Below, piece after piece: positions 1 through 10,078 of a DNA stretch of 64,000 bases. Position 1 is the stretch's first letter; every line of letters begins with the position of its first letter. Source of the DNA: Planctomycetota bacterium (GTDB taxonomy: Bacteria > Planctomycetota > PLA2); assembly GCA_021776735.1 (NCBI GenBank), contig JAJFFH010000041.1:61553-125552 (forward strand). Reading direction: 5' to 3'. The notes beneath the pieces are model-generated. The model was not told where the DNA came from and made no database searches. It saw only the letters and a list, made by a program, of their open reading frames with translations. The position numbers and the translations under genes are program-made.

Positions 1-541
1 GACCAAGAATCCGCAGCCGCATGTAGCCCATGATCCGGACCTGGTAGTTGAAGCTGCGCCGGTGATAGAGCATCACGACCGCCTTGCCGCCCGGCTTGAG
101 CACGCGGTGAACCTCATCAATGGCACGGGCGGGATCGGGTGTGTGATGCAGGACCCCATGGCTATAGACAAAGTCGAACGACGCGTCCGCCAGGCCGAGT
201 TCCAGGGCGCTATTGACCTGGAAGTCGCCGTTCAGCCCGAGAACCCGAAAGTGGCTCCGGCTGCGCTCCACGGCCGTCGGCGTGAGATCGACGCCGGTGT
301 AGCGCGCCCCATGATCGGCGAACAGCGTCCCGTCGGCCCCGTTGCCGCAGCCGATCTCCAGGACCCTCTTGCCCTTGGTGTCGGGAAACGGCACGAGCTC
401 CGGGATGTGCCACTCGGTCTCGTAGCGAAACCGGCGGTAGCGCGCAAAGAATTCGGCGTCGTCGCTCGCGTCCTTGACAAAATGCGTGCCGCAGGCTTCC
501 ACGTTCCAGAACCGGCGGACCTGATCCTGTGTTTTAGTCAT
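1..541 (-). CDS. class I SAM-dependent methyltransferase (partial; the C-terminus lies beyond the window start)
   Basis: Reverse-strand translation from the ATG at 541 reads MTKTQDQVRRFWNVEACGTHF...RVLEIGCGNGADGTLFADHGARYTGVDLTP...HRVLKPGGKAVVMLYHRRSF. Motif I (LEIGCGNG), an acidic motif II and the VLKPGG motif are typical of the Methyltransf_11/12 fold. It is missing from the ORF track because it runs off the window edge. Confidence 0.75.
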   Translation of the reverse strand, partial: MTKTQDQVRRFWNVEACGTHFVKDASDDAEFFARYRRFRYETEWHIPELVPFPDTKGKRVLEIGCGNGADGTLFADHGARYTGVDLTPTAVERSRSHFRVLGLNGDFQVNSALELGLADASFDFVYSHGVLHHTPDPARAIDEVHRVLKPGGKAVVMLYHRRSFNYQVRIMGYMRLRILG

Positions 542-605
542 TCCGGTCCGAGAGAGCCCATCCTCTACGGAATGAGATCGGTCGATCGGGGTGGGTTCGC
601 TAGCG

Positions 606-2648
606 CTAGCGTGACGACGAAGCGAGTAACGATTCGAGCGCCGGCACGAGCCGCGCAGCCGCGTCGTCCGACTCGCCGACTGACTCCTCGGCGAACCGCA
701 GTTGGCGCCCCGGCTCCGGCCGGCGGCCGAGGTCGGGCTCGAGCACCAAATCCGCGGCGGCGGCAGGCAGCGCTTCGCGCCCGGACCCGCCGATCCGCGC
801 GACCGGCAGGCCACGCTCCTTGGCGACAATGGCGCACCCGGCCCCGGCGCGCGAGTCGTCCACGACGACGATGGCGGGCGGCGCGGTCTCGATCAACGCG
901 GCGTAGCGCTCCATGACACGCACCATGGTGACGATGGCCTCGCCGACGGAGACATCGAGTTCGACATCGGGCGGCTCGAGGTCCAACTCCCGGAACTGCG
1001 CGTCCGTAAGCCCCAGATCGTCGCGGCGGCCGGTGAAGACAACCAGCGCATCGAGGGTGCCGCGGGCACGCGTGGCGCGGGCGAGCCCGGTCGCGCGGTC
1101 GAGCTGCTCCCGGTCGCTGGCGATGAAGTGAACGGGCGGGCACTCGGGAACGCGGATGGTCGTAACGGCGGTTACAGCCGGTTGGGTTTCGGGGGGCGCG
1201 GGGGCCGCGCCCGGCGCGGAATCCGCCACGGGCGCGAGAGCTGTCAGGCGGGCGTCCGCCTGGCGCAGCAGGTCGCACAAGACGGTGCGCTTTTCTTCGA
1301 ACAAAACGGGATCGTCGTTCGAGAAGGGCGCGCTCCATGCAGCCGTGCCCGACCCGCATTCCACGTGCTCGTCGACCAATACGCTGTGCGCCGACGCGGG
1401 ACGGCGGACCGCAAGGTCACGAACGCGCAAGCCCGCAAGGCCGAGATCGGTGGCCACGCGATCGAGAATGCCGCGGACATCCGCGGACTTTTCCGCGAGA
1501 GCCAGCGATCCGGCCGCGTACCGGCGGACAACATGCAGGCGCCGAAACGTTTTTCTGTGCCGAAGGATGCGGTTCCAGCGGTGGCGGCGGCACGACATCA
1601 GGTAGAGCACGAGGATCGCCCACAGACCGGCAACCGCGGCAAGACCCGCCAGGTTCGGCCAAAACGCCACGAAGGCCGCCTGAATCACGGCAAAAACACC
1701 GAGAAAGGCAAGCACGCGACCCGGACGGGTCCACAGGTCAAGCAGCAGATGATGGACGTGGCCGCGATCCGCCGAGAAGATCGGCTTGCCGCGCAGCCAG
1801 CGACGCACCGTCGACAAGAAGACATCGCCCAGCGGCAGGGCCAGGATTCCCAGCACGGCTGCGAGCGGCACCGGGCCGGACCCGTTGAGCGTGAACGCCG
1901 CCGCGAAAAACCCGAGCAGCAGGCTGCCCGCGTCGCCCAGGAAGATTCGCGCGCGCGACAGGTTGTGGCGCAGGAAACCCAACGCGCCGCCGGCCACGAC
2001 CAGCGCGGCACCGTCGGCGAAGCCACACAAGGCACAGGCCACGGCCACGACCAGCACCACCGTGGTTGCGAGGCCGTCCATGCCGTCGATCAGATTGACC
2101 GCGTTGGTGACCAGCACGACCCACGCGACGACAAAAAGGGCCTCGAATCCGCCGAGGCCGAGTTCGCCAAAGGGTTCGAGCGAAATCCCGGGCAGCCCAA
2201 AGCCCGATCCGAGGAGGGCGAGCGCGGCACCGACCTGCGCACAGACCTTGACGCCGGGGCTGACGCCGCGCACGTCGTCGACGGCGCCGACCATGAACAC
2301 GAGCCCCGCGCCGACGAGCAGGCCGATGTGCATCGGTCCGCCGGTCGCCGCCAGATAAACGGCCGCCGGCAAAAAGATCGCGAGTCCCCCCAGAAGCGGG
2401 GTCGGCCTGGTGTGAATCGAGCGGCCGCCGGGCAAAACGGTTGCGCCGGCCCAACGCGCCACGAGTCCCGCGAGGGGCGCCAGAATCCACGCGCCGACGC
2501 ATCCCGCAAGCACGAGTCCGGCCGCGGAAGGGCCTACGCGAGCCCCTACCGCCAACGCAAGAGCGCCAGCGATGATTGAAACTTGGATCGGCCGTCGGTC
2601 TGCGGCCTCCTCGGGTTTTTTCACTGTTAACCGTGGGCTTCTTGTCAC
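606..2648 (-). CDS. glycosyltransferase family 4 polyprenol-phosphate HexNAc-1-phosphate transferase (WecA/MraY type) with a ~300 aa C-terminal soluble extension
   Basis: 680 aa. The N-terminal half is polytopic membrane protein carrying the family-defining NAVNLIDGMDGLA motif and VGAVDDVRG. The C-terminal ~300 aa are hydrophilic and of unknown function. It sits next to a WbaP-like gene. Confidence 0.8.
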   Translation of the reverse strand: MTRSPRLTVKKPEEAADRRPIQVSIIAGALALAVGARVGPSAAGLVLAGCVGAWILAPLAGLVARWAGATVLPGGRSIHTRPTPLLGGLAIFLPAAVYLAATGGPMHIGLLVGAGLVFMVGAVDDVRGVSPGVKVCAQVGAALALLGSGFGLPGISLEPFGELGLGGFEALFVVAWVVLVTNAVNLIDGMDGLATTVVLVVAVACALCGFADGAALVVAGGALGFLRHNLSRARIFLGDAGSLLLGFFAAAFTLNGSGPVPLAAVLGILALPLGDVFLSTVRRWLRGKPIFSADRGHVHHLLLDLWTRPGRVLAFLGVFAVIQAAFVAFWPNLAGLAAVAGLWAILVLYLMSCRRHRWNRILRHRKTFRRLHVVRRYAAGSLALAEKSADVRGILDRVATDLGLAGLRVRDLAVRRPASAHSVLVDEHVECGSGTAAWSAPFSNDDPVLFEEKRTVLCDLLRQADARLTALAPVADSAPGAAPAPPETQPAVTAVTTIRVPECPPVHFIASDREQLDRATGLARATRARGTLDALVVFTGRRDDLGLTDAQFRELDLEPPDVELDVSVGEAIVTMVRVMERYAALIETAPPAIVVVDDSRAGAGCAIVAKERGLPVARIGGSGREALPAAAADLVLEPDLGRRPEPGRQLRFAEESVGESDDAAARLVPALESLLASSSR

Positions 2649-2780
2649 TTAGTCGGCAGCACGGCGGTTATTCCGGAACCTGACACCGGCCTAACCGGGC
2701 TGATGCGCCAGTATCGTCAGACGTTGGGCTGCAAACCTGATGCGCCAATATCGTCAGATGTTGGGCCGTAAACACTGCCC

Positions 2781-4160
2781 CTACCGCCCCATGTTCTTGT
2801 CGAAGACCACCCGAACCGTCTCGAGCAGGATGCGGAGGTCGAAAAGCACGCTGTGGTACTTGATGTAGAACATGTCGTAGCGCAGCTTCTCGACGGCATC
2901 CTCTTCGTCGGCGCCGTAGCGAAAGCGCACCTGCGCCCAGCCCGTCAGGCCCGGCTTGACCGCGTGGCGCTGGTCGTAGAACGGAATGCGCTGGCGGAGT
3001 TCCTCGACGAACACGGGGCGCTCGGGGCGCGGGCCGACAAAGCTCATCGTGCCCATCAAGACATTCCACATCTGCGGAATCTCGTCGATGCGGGCTTTGC
3101 GAATGAGGCGCCCGATCCGCGTGGCGCGCGGGTCGTCCTGCTGCGCCCACACCGCGTTGCCGCCCGTCTCGGCGTCCAGACGCATCGAGCGGAACTTGTA
3201 GACGGTGAACTCGCGCCCCCCGTGCCCGACGCGCGTTTGGCGGTAGATGACGGGGCCCGGCGACTCGATCTTGATCAGGATCGCGGTGATCAGCGAAACC
3301 GGAGCGCTGAGCACCAGTCCCACCGACGCAACGATGATGTCGAACGCGCGCTTGGTGAAGCGGCGCACGCGACCCGCACTGAATCCCTCGGAAAAGATGA
3401 GCCAGGACGGGCGCAGTTCCTCGACCGGGATCTTGCCCGCGATCTCTTCGTGAACGCGGGCTTCCTCGAGGATCTCGACGCCGGCGAGACGCACACGGAG
3501 CAGCGCTTCCAGCGGCAGGCGACGACGGCGATCCGGCACGGCCACGACGATCTTCTCGGCGCGCTGCTCGGTCGCGATGCGCTCGAGATCGTTGTAGGTG
3601 CCCAAGACCTCGCGGCCCCCGATGCGCCACCCCATCTCGTCTTCGGACTCGCCCAAAAACCCGACGATATCCCAGTCACGGCTGCGCAGATCGAGGATTT
3701 CGCGTGCGGTGCGCTGCGCCTCCTGGCCCACGCCCAAAAACAGCAGGCGACGGCGAAAGCCGGACTGGCGGCTCAGGAATTCGTAGATCATGCGACCGAG
3801 AATGACCACGGGCACGACGGCGAGGAGGAAGGCCGCGCTGGCGAGACCTTCACGCTGGATGCCCCACCACAGCGCGCCCGACGCGAGGAGCACGAGCGCC
3901 GATCCGGCGGCGATCCGCTTCCAGAACGTCGTGCGGTTCGGCCGGTGCCGGAAGTCGTACAGCCCGCACCAGAACAGCGAGGCCTTGATCCCGCCGAGGA
4001 GCAGCAGCGCATTCGCGATCCCGAGCGGCGACTGGAGCGGCGTAAGCCGCCCGCCATGGGCAAACGCACACCCACCAAGCAGCGCCAAGACGATCAAAAA
4101 GTCCTCCAGGAGGACATAAAAGAGCGTCACGCCCCGCACACGAACGCCGGCAAGATTCAC
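2781..4160 (-). CDS. exopolysaccharide biosynthesis polyprenyl glycosylphosphotransferase (WbaP/EpsE 'bacterial sugar transferase' family)
   Basis: 459 aa with four N-terminal TM helices. The C-terminal domain carries FDIIVASVGLVLSAPV...PGPVIYRQTRVGHGGREFTVYKFRSM...DEIPQMWNVLMGTMSFVGPRPERP, the hallmark of the initiating sugar-phosphate transferases. Confidence 0.85.
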   Translation of the reverse strand: MNLAGVRVRGVTLFYVLLEDFLIVLALLGGCAFAHGGRLTPLQSPLGIANALLLLGGIKASLFWCGLYDFRHRPNRTTFWKRIAAGSALVLLASGALWWGIQREGLASAAFLLAVVPVVILGRMIYEFLSRQSGFRRRLLFLGVGQEAQRTAREILDLRSRDWDIVGFLGESEDEMGWRIGGREVLGTYNDLERIATEQRAEKIVVAVPDRRRRLPLEALLRVRLAGVEILEEARVHEEIAGKIPVEELRPSWLIFSEGFSAGRVRRFTKRAFDIIVASVGLVLSAPVSLITAILIKIESPGPVIYRQTRVGHGGREFTVYKFRSMRLDAETGGNAVWAQQDDPRATRIGRLIRKARIDEIPQMWNVLMGTMSFVGPRPERPVFVEELRQRIPFYDQRHAVKPGLTGWAQVRFRYGADEEDAVEKLRYDMFYIKYHSVLFDLRILLETVRVVFDKNMGR

Positions 4161-4402
4161 GCCCCCCTATCGACCGAAGCCCCCCAAGGAGTTAACGATC
4201 GTCCCATTTCGATACTGTCCGGTCGTTGCTGTCCGACCTCCTGGCGGACCCGGCCTGTCGATTGGTCGCCGCTTTGGCCGTCCATACCGAGCCCGGCACA
4301 AAAGAGCGATGTTGACAATCCCGAAGACGTCGCAAACTATTATGCAATAGAGGCTTACGCACGATCCGTGTCGGAAATCGGCGGCGGGGAGCCGCAGCTC
4401 CC

Positions 4403-4945
4403 TCAAGCTAGAACGGGAGCAAACGGACGGCGATATTCGTAGGATGACTCGGGAACAGGGGGGCCGCAGAGCGTCAAAACACGTCTTCGAGGTCCGGCAT
4501 CGGTTCGCCGTCGAACCAAGTCCCGGAGGCGCCTGGTCACCGCGTGGATCGTCAGGGCGGGGAGCGCAACGAGCGTGTAATAGCCGCGAACAGTCACCGC
4601 GCGAATCCACAAGGACGGGAAGTCATCCCCGAGCCCGTAGCTGCGCGCCGAGTACCAGATGGCTCCGAACCCGACGATGGGCGAAACACACGCCGCGATC
4701 ACGACCACGGGACGTCCCCACCGTTTTTGCGAGCAGAGGAGCCACATGATGAGGGCTCGCGGGGCGGCGGACCACCCGACCCGCACGGCGTAGAGAAGCA
4801 TGGGCCGGCTCGCGCTCCATGTGTCCAGACTGCAGGATGCAAGGGTCAGCGCGCCGAAGACGAAGTGCGACCAGTACACCAGCCGGAGCAGGCGCGGCAT
4901 GTCACGCGGCGGCCAAAAGAACTGCCATGAGCTGCGGAGTCCCAT
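4403..4945 (-). CDS. hypothetical integral membrane protein
   Basis: 180 aa, rich in W/F/Y with several hydrophobic segments. This composition is unlike the GC-driven R/A/G/P artefact ORFs. It is co-directional with ispH and the sugar-transferase genes. Confidence 0.45.
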   Translation of the reverse strand: MGLRSSWQFFWPPRDMPRLLRLVYWSHFVFGALTLASCSLDTWSASRPMLLYAVRVGWSAAPRALIMWLLCSQKRWGRPVVVIAACVSPIVGFGAIWYSARSYGLGDDFPSLWIRAVTVRGYYTLVALPALTIHAVTRRLRDLVRRRTDAGPRRRVLTLCGPPVPESSYEYRRPFAPVLA

Positions 4946-5001
4946 GTGCTGACTTGTCGGCGGACATCGCCGTCCGTTTGCCCTTTTTGCGGTTCTATCC
5001 G

Positions 5002-5934
5002 CTACGTCCCGAGGTCCGTGGGCAGCGAGAACTGCACGCGCTCCTCGGCGACGGTCAGCTTTTCGACCGAGGTGGCGCCGTGGTGCCTCAGAGTTTCGAC
5101 GAGCTCCTGCACGAGCGTTTCGGGGGCCGATGCGCCCGCGGTGACGCCGACGGCTGTCGCCCCTTCGAGCCAGGCGGGGTCGAGATCAGCGGGGGTCTCA
5201 AGCAGGTGTGAATGCGCGCCGGCCTGGCGGGCGACCTCGACCAGCCGGTTCGAGTTCGAGGAGTTCGGCGCGCCGAGGACGAGAACGATCCCGCACTCCT
5301 TCACCATGGCCTTGACCGCGTTCTGGCGGTTTTGCGTCGCGTAGCAGATGTCTTCCTGCTTCGGGCCCGTGATCCCCGGATACTTCGCGCGCAGCGCCGC
5401 GACGATCGCCGCCGTGTCGTCCATCGAAAGCGTCGTCTGTGTGACGTAGGCGAGTTCCGTGTCCGCCGGGAGGTCGAGCGTCGCGACGTCTTCGACCTTC
5501 TCGACCAGCGCCATCGTGCCCTCGGGAACCTGGCCGAGCGTGCCTTCGACTTCGGGGTGGCCCGCGTGGCCGATCAGGATCAGGTGCCGCTCCCGGCGCG
5601 CCATCAAGTCCGCCTCGCGATGGACCTTCGTGACGAGCGGGCAGGTCGCGTCGATGTGGTTTAACCCGCGGGCGGCGGCGTCCGCGACCACGCGCTTCGC
5701 GACCCCGTGCGCTGAAAAGATCACGACCGCGCCCTCCGGAACCTCGTCGAGTTCCTCTACGAAGACGGCGCCCTTGTCGCGAAGCCGCTCGACGACATGC
5801 CGGTTGTGGACGATCTCGTGGCGCACGTAGATCGGCGCGCCGTACTTGTTGAGCGCGCACTCCACGATCTCGATCGCACGATCAACCCCCGCACAAAAAC
5901 CGCGCGGTTCGGCCAAAACGACTCGGAACGCCAT
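5002..5934 (-). CDS. ispH: 4-hydroxy-3-methylbut-2-enyl diphosphate reductase
   Basis: 310 aa. Full-length match to the IspH/LytB architecture, with the three conserved Cys ([29 protein letters not shown]) and the SAHGV and SSNSNRL motifs. Confidence 0.95.
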   Translation of the reverse strand: MAFRVVLAEPRGFCAGVDRAIEIVECALNKYGAPIYVRHEIVHNRHVVERLRDKGAVFVEELDEVPEGAVVIFSAHGVAKRVVADAAARGLNHIDATCPLVTKVHREADLMARRERHLILIGHAGHPEVEGTLGQVPEGTMALVEKVEDVATLDLPADTELAYVTQTTLSMDDTAAIVAALRAKYPGITGPKQEDICYATQNRQNAVKAMVKECGIVLVLGAPNSSNSNRLVEVARQAGAHSHLLETPADLDPAWLEGATAVGVTAGASAPETLVQELVETLRHHGATSVEKLTVAEERVQFSLPTDLGT

Positions 5935-5992
5935 GCTCGGACTGTGGCATGGGAACCCGCGCCTGCCAAGTTTGGGGTACTCTCTGGCCGCG

Positions 5993-7171
5993 ATGTCACT
6001 TCGAATTCTCGCAGTCGCCGCGTGCCTCTTTTGTTCCTGGCATGGCCGGAACGCCGCCCTCGCGAGCGAAAAGGACGGCGGACATGCCGCCCCGCGCCGC
6101 TGGACGCACGCGCGCGGCCCGGCCGCCTACAACGGCAGGACCTTGGCCGAACCGGTGCGTTCCTGGGGCGGACCGCGGTGGACCTACCGCGCCCACGCCA
6201 AGGTGCGGGGCGTGCCGGTCACGTGGGACGGCATCGCGTTCGTCCTCGACGGCGCCGATCTCGTCGCACTCGACCTGGTGGATGGCAGCGTCTTGGCCCG
6301 CACCGCCGTCGCCGCGCGGCATCCGGAGATCGCGGTCGAGTCCCGCGCGGTCCTCGTACGCGAACAGGGCAACAGGCTGGCCCTGTTCCGCCTCGCCGAT
6401 CGCAAATTCCACCGCATCTGGAGCCATGAGTGCCAGCCGGACTCATCCGCCCCGCGCATCCTCGGCGGCGAAGTCTACTGGTGCGCGCCCGATGGCCTGC
6501 GCATGATCCGCCTCGGATCGCGCAAGCCCACATGGATCGCCGCGGGCCGGTACGCCGGCGCGCCTGCGGTGTATGGGGGCCACGTGTACGCACTGCGCGA
6601 GGACAGCGGAAAGCTGGTGCTGGCCGCGCACGACCGGGGCACCGGGAAGATCGCGGCGCGTGTTGATTTGGGGGCGGGGCGCGGTGGCGTCGTCGGCGTG
6701 TCCCAGCGCCTGGTGGCGGCGAAAGTCGGCAACGGCGAGTGGGCGTTTCTGGCCCGCCAAAGCAAAGACGGCAAGCTGACGCTCAAGTTCGGCAGCCGCC
6801 AGGACGCCAGCGGCGTTCCGCTCGTCGGCAACCGGGTCGGGATCGCGCGCACGGACGGGGGTTGGGCACTGTTGCGCTCGACCGCCGGAAAGAAGAGCCG
6901 CGTCGTGCTGATCAAGAAAAAGGACCGGCCCGAGCTGCTTGCCGGAGCCTGCAACGCCATCGCGCACCCGGGCTCCGACATCGGTTTCGGCACATGGTGC
7001 GGCGACGTTAACGCCAACACGATCCATTGGCACGCCAATGAGGGGAGGACATTGTCGGGAGGCGTCGCCTGCGCCGTCCCGGCGGGCCACCGCCGCCTGC
7101 TGATGGTGGCCGCGGACCGCAAGCAAATGGTTCTGCTCGGCCCCCGAATCATCGGGAAGCGCCTCAAGTAA
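5993..7171 (+). CDS. hypothetical secreted protein (possible beta-propeller)
   Basis: The ORF-track start at 5846 is extended. An ATG at 5993 gives a signal peptide, [18 protein letters not shown]. The body shows repeated G-x-V/hydrophobic strands consistent with PQQ-like propeller blades, but no catalytic motif was recognised. Confidence 0.5.
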   Translation: MSLRILAVAACLFCSWHGRNAALASEKDGGHAAPRRWTHARGPAAYNGRTLAEPVRSWGGPRWTYRAHAKVRGVPVTWDGIAFVLDGADLVALDLVDGSVLARTAVAARHPEIAVESRAVLVREQGNRLALFRLADRKFHRIWSHECQPDSSAPRILGGEVYWCAPDGLRMIRLGSRKPTWIAAGRYAGAPAVYGGHVYALREDSGKLVLAAHDRGTGKIAARVDLGAGRGGVVGVSQRLVAAKVGNGEWAFLARQSKDGKLTLKFGSRQDASGVPLVGNRVGIARTDGGWALLRSTAGKKSRVVLIKKKDRPELLAGACNAIAHPGSDIGFGTWCGDVNANTIHWHANEGRTLSGGVACAVPAGHRRLLMVAADRKQMVLLGPRIIGKRLK

Positions 7172-7184
7172 GGAGATGGGCGTC

Positions 7185-8828
7185 ATGAAAAGCATCGCCG
7201 TCCTTGGGCTTTGTTGCTCTGCAATCCTCGCCGACAATGCCGTGCTTCGCGATCACACCGTGATCTCGGGCGGCGCCCGGCGCACCAACAACACGCTGGT
7301 AATCGGCGGACGCAAGGTGCCGCTTGACCAGGTGATCTTGTGGGAAAACAAGACGGGCATTCCCCAGCATGCGCCGACGCTTCAGGGCCACGTCGCCGGG
7401 TTGCGCGCACTCGCCGAACGCACCGTGCTCAAGACCTGCGTGGAACGGCTCCCCAAGGCCGTGTCCGCCAAGGACGGCGATGTTTGCGGACGCCTGCTCG
7501 CGCGCGCCATCGCGGCCGGCATGAACGCGGACGGCGTCGCGCGATGGAGCGCGCGCATCGAGGCCGGGGACAAGACGTCCGGGATCAAGGTGCCGGACCG
7601 CGAGGCGCTCGTCGATCTTCTGGCGGCACGCGCCCTCTCGATCCTCGACGACAACGAAGAGGACAAGCGCGGACTCGCCCTGCTGCGCGAAGCGTTGCGA
7701 CGTGACGCGAAGCACAGACAGGCACTTGAGGTGCTCGACGATTTCGCGCCGGAACGCTGGCGGGTCGGATACGCCAAGGAGGACGACATCCAGCGCGTCT
7801 GGCTCGACTGGAACATCGACGTCATCCAGCCGGGCATGCGCGCGGTCGGCTGGCGCCAGCCCGACGTGCGCAAGGCGGGTAGCGACTTTCGCTGGAAGCA
7901 GATCCGCGGCCCGCGCTCACTTCATGGGGCGCAGACCCAGGAGATCGCGTTCGTGACCGCGATGACGAACTCGAACGTCGTCGGCATGTGCACCAAGTAC
8001 GCCTGGAACTCGTGCAAGGCGCTCGACGAGATGTTTCACATCGAGAAGCCGTTGCGCGACGACAACCTGCCGCTCGTCATCTGGTTTTTTGAAAACAAGA
8101 AACAGTACCTCGACGTGAACGCGGGCCAGGGTGGGCGGCGCAACTTCCTCGCGATGACCGCGGGCTTCTATTCGCCCGGCGACAACATCTCGCGCTTTTT
8201 CTGGCCGACGAATCATCCCGCTCCGGCGCGCTCGGTGCGAGACACCTTCGTCCACGAACTGACCCACCATTGGATCCAGCGCCGCAACCCGCGGCTCGCA
8301 CCAAGCCTGCTCATGCGCAGCGTCAGCGTCCCCGGCTATTGGATCGTCGAGGGGTTCGCGACGTTCATCGAGGAAGGGCGCTACAACATCCGCACGAACG
8401 GGCGCTCGCACTTCAACGCGCACGCGAACTCGATCGACGTCATCGCAAGCCTCTCCGAGAGAGGCGAACTCATCCCGTGGCCGAAGCTGTACACGCTGTC
8501 GCAGGTCGATTTCCGCAATCCGAAAAAACTCAACCAGACCAAGCTCAGCGCGACCGCGCACAAGCGCTGGGCGACGCGCCCGCAACCGTTCCGTGCGATC
8601 CGACAGTTCTACGAACAGTCTGCCGCTACGTGCCACTACCTCTACTGGGGCGAGAAGGCCAAGTACCGCAACAAGCTGCTCGACTACGTCACCGTCTACT
8701 ACACCGCCCAGGAGGGCAAGACGGCGATCGAGGCCGCCTTCGGCATGACCGAGGAGGAACTCGGCAGACGGGTCGAGAAGTGGTGCAAGTCGGTGATCAA
8801 GAACGGCTGGCGCCCGCCGGGCGAGTAG
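7185..8828 (+). CDS. putative secreted zinc metallopeptidase (HExxH; DUF1570-like)
   Basis: The second ATG (7185) gives the signal peptide MKSIAVLGLCCSAILA, with AAGGAG 10 nt upstream. An HExxH zinc-binding motif sits in FVHELTHHW. The size and motif context resemble DUF1570 proteins. Confidence 0.6.
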   Translation: MKSIAVLGLCCSAILADNAVLRDHTVISGGARRTNNTLVIGGRKVPLDQVILWENKTGIPQHAPTLQGHVAGLRALAERTVLKTCVERLPKAVSAKDGDVCGRLLARAIAAGMNADGVARWSARIEAGDKTSGIKVPDREALVDLLAARALSILDDNEEDKRGLALLREALRRDAKHRQALEVLDDFAPERWRVGYAKEDDIQRVWLDWNIDVIQPGMRAVGWRQPDVRKAGSDFRWKQIRGPRSLHGAQTQEIAFVTAMTNSNVVGMCTKYAWNSCKALDEMFHIEKPLRDDNLPLVIWFFENKKQYLDVNAGQGGRRNFLAMTAGFYSPGDNISRFFWPTNHPAPARSVRDTFVHELTHHWIQRRNPRLAPSLLMRSVSVPGYWIVEGFATFIEEGRYNIRTNGRSHFNAHANSIDVIASLSERGELIPWPKLYTLSQVDFRNPKKLNQTKLSATAHKRWATRPQPFRAIRQFYEQSAATCHYLYWGEKAKYRNKLLDYVTVYYTAQEGKTAIEAAFGMTEEELGRRVEKWCKSVIKNGWRPPGE

Positions 8829-8919
8829 AAGCGAGGATCGACCTCGAGTAGTCGGGACAGGCTATACTCCGTCCCGATTCGAAATTGCGCGACAAACGCG
8901 CATACAGGAACGGACGGCG

Positions 8920-9489
8920 ATGCCCTTCGATTTGACGAGCTACACGATCCGGCGCAAGATCCTCACGATCCTGGGCGCCAAATTCCACGTCTACCGGCCG
9001 GATGGCTCTGTGGCGGCGTTTTCCAAGCAGAAGGCGTTCAAGCTGAAAGAGGACATTCGTCTGTTCACGGACGAGACGATGGCCACCGAACTGCTGTCGA
9101 TCCAGGCACGGCAGATTATCGACTTCGCCGCGGCCTATGATGTCGTCGATTCGGCGGAGGGACGAAAGCTCGGCGCGGCCCGGCGCAAGGGATGGTCGTC
9201 GATCTTTCGCGACTCGTGGGAGGTGCTGGACGAAGACGACCAGCCCATCGCGAAGCTGAAAGAGGACAGCGCCCTCGCGGCATTCGTACGCCGGATGATC
9301 GGCCTGATTCCCCAGACGTTCCACCTCAGGGGGATGGACGGCAAGCCGATCGCCACGTTGCGCGTGCGCTTCAACCCGTTCGTCTACAAACTGGATGTCG
9401 AGCTTGACCCGGACTGCGAACTCGATTCCCGTCTGGTCTTGGCTGTGGGCGTTCTTCTCGCGGCCATCGAGGGCCGCCAGAAGAGTTGA
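8920..9489 (+). CDS. hypothetical protein, possible LURP-one-related/tubby C-terminal-like fold
   Basis: 189 aa with balanced composition. The family call is tentative, by eye only. Confidence 0.4.
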   Translation: MPFDLTSYTIRRKILTILGAKFHVYRPDGSVAAFSKQKAFKLKEDIRLFTDETMATELLSIQARQIIDFAAAYDVVDSAEGRKLGAARRKGWSSIFRDSWEVLDEDDQPIAKLKEDSALAAFVRRMIGLIPQTFHLRGMDGKPIATLRVRFNPFVYKLDVELDPDCELDSRLVLAVGVLLAAIEGRQKS

Positions 9490-9490
9490 C

Positions 9491-9766
9491 GTGGCGCCGA
9501 CGGTCGAGTTTCACTGCGAGCACTGCGACAGCCTCTGCCGCGCGGCGAAGAGCATGGTCGGCGGCATCATCAACTGCAAGGAGTGCGGCCAGGCGACCGA
9601 AGTCCCGGGCATGAACGACCCGGCGTGGCGCATGCTAAACATGGGCGCGGTGATCTTCGTCGCGGGAATCACGACCCTGATCTACATGCGCGCCGGACCA
9701 ACTCCGGCACTGATCGTCGGCGTTGTCCTGTTCGCGCTCCTGAAGCTCCTGTCGCTCGCGCTCTGA
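9491..9766 (+). CDS. small zinc-ribbon membrane protein
   Basis: A GTG start follows the upstream stop. CEHC...CKEC forms a four-Cys zinc-ribbon, followed by two hydrophobic helices (AVIFVAGITTLIY, LIVGVVLFALLKLL). Confidence 0.45.
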   Translation: MAPTVEFHCEHCDSLCRAAKSMVGGIINCKECGQATEVPGMNDPAWRMLNMGAVIFVAGITTLIYMRAGPTPALIVGVVLFALLKLLSLAL

Positions 9767-9785
9767 ATTCCGCTACGCGGAATTC
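9765..9785. terminator. stop-codon-adjacent perfect hairpin between convergent genes (weak terminator candidate, no U-tract)
   Basis: GAATTCCGC-TAC-GCGGAATTC, a 9-bp perfect stem, begins inside the TGA of the 9491-9766 gene and faces the convergent BNR gene 3' end. Confidence 0.3.
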
Positions 9786-10078
9786 AGCAAGAACTCCAAT
9801 CCCGCTGCACGGGATTTGGCAACTGGATGAGCAGCCGGATGGTTGCGCACGACGGGTTGCCGATCCGTCCGATCTCGTCGACAAGCCGCGAAGCGACCAG
9901 CCGTCCGCCTGCACCGATCCGGCGCGACGGCCCGGACCCGCACGCGCGCCGAGGGGGTCGTCCACGGCTATTCGTTCTGCGCTACGCGGAGAACGAAAAA
10001 GGAGCGGCGCTCCGTACGAGCGCCGCCGTCTTCCGTCCATACCCTATTCTCGCGCCGTTTCTTCGGCGCCCTCGATCC

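Noticed and set aside
702-2579. 625-aa plus-strand ORF
   Set aside because: It is antisense to the GT4 transferase gene. Its R/G/A/D/P-rich low-complexity translation is typical of stop-poor reading frames in ~68% GC DNA. The opposite strand carries the unmistakable NAVNLIDGMDGLA motif.
4312-4350. TTGACA-N20-TATTAT as a confirmed promoter
   Set aside because: The spacer is 20 nt and the element points into the antisense of the 4403..4945 gene. It is mentioned only as a possible outward promoter of the solo MITE end, and not annotated as a feature.
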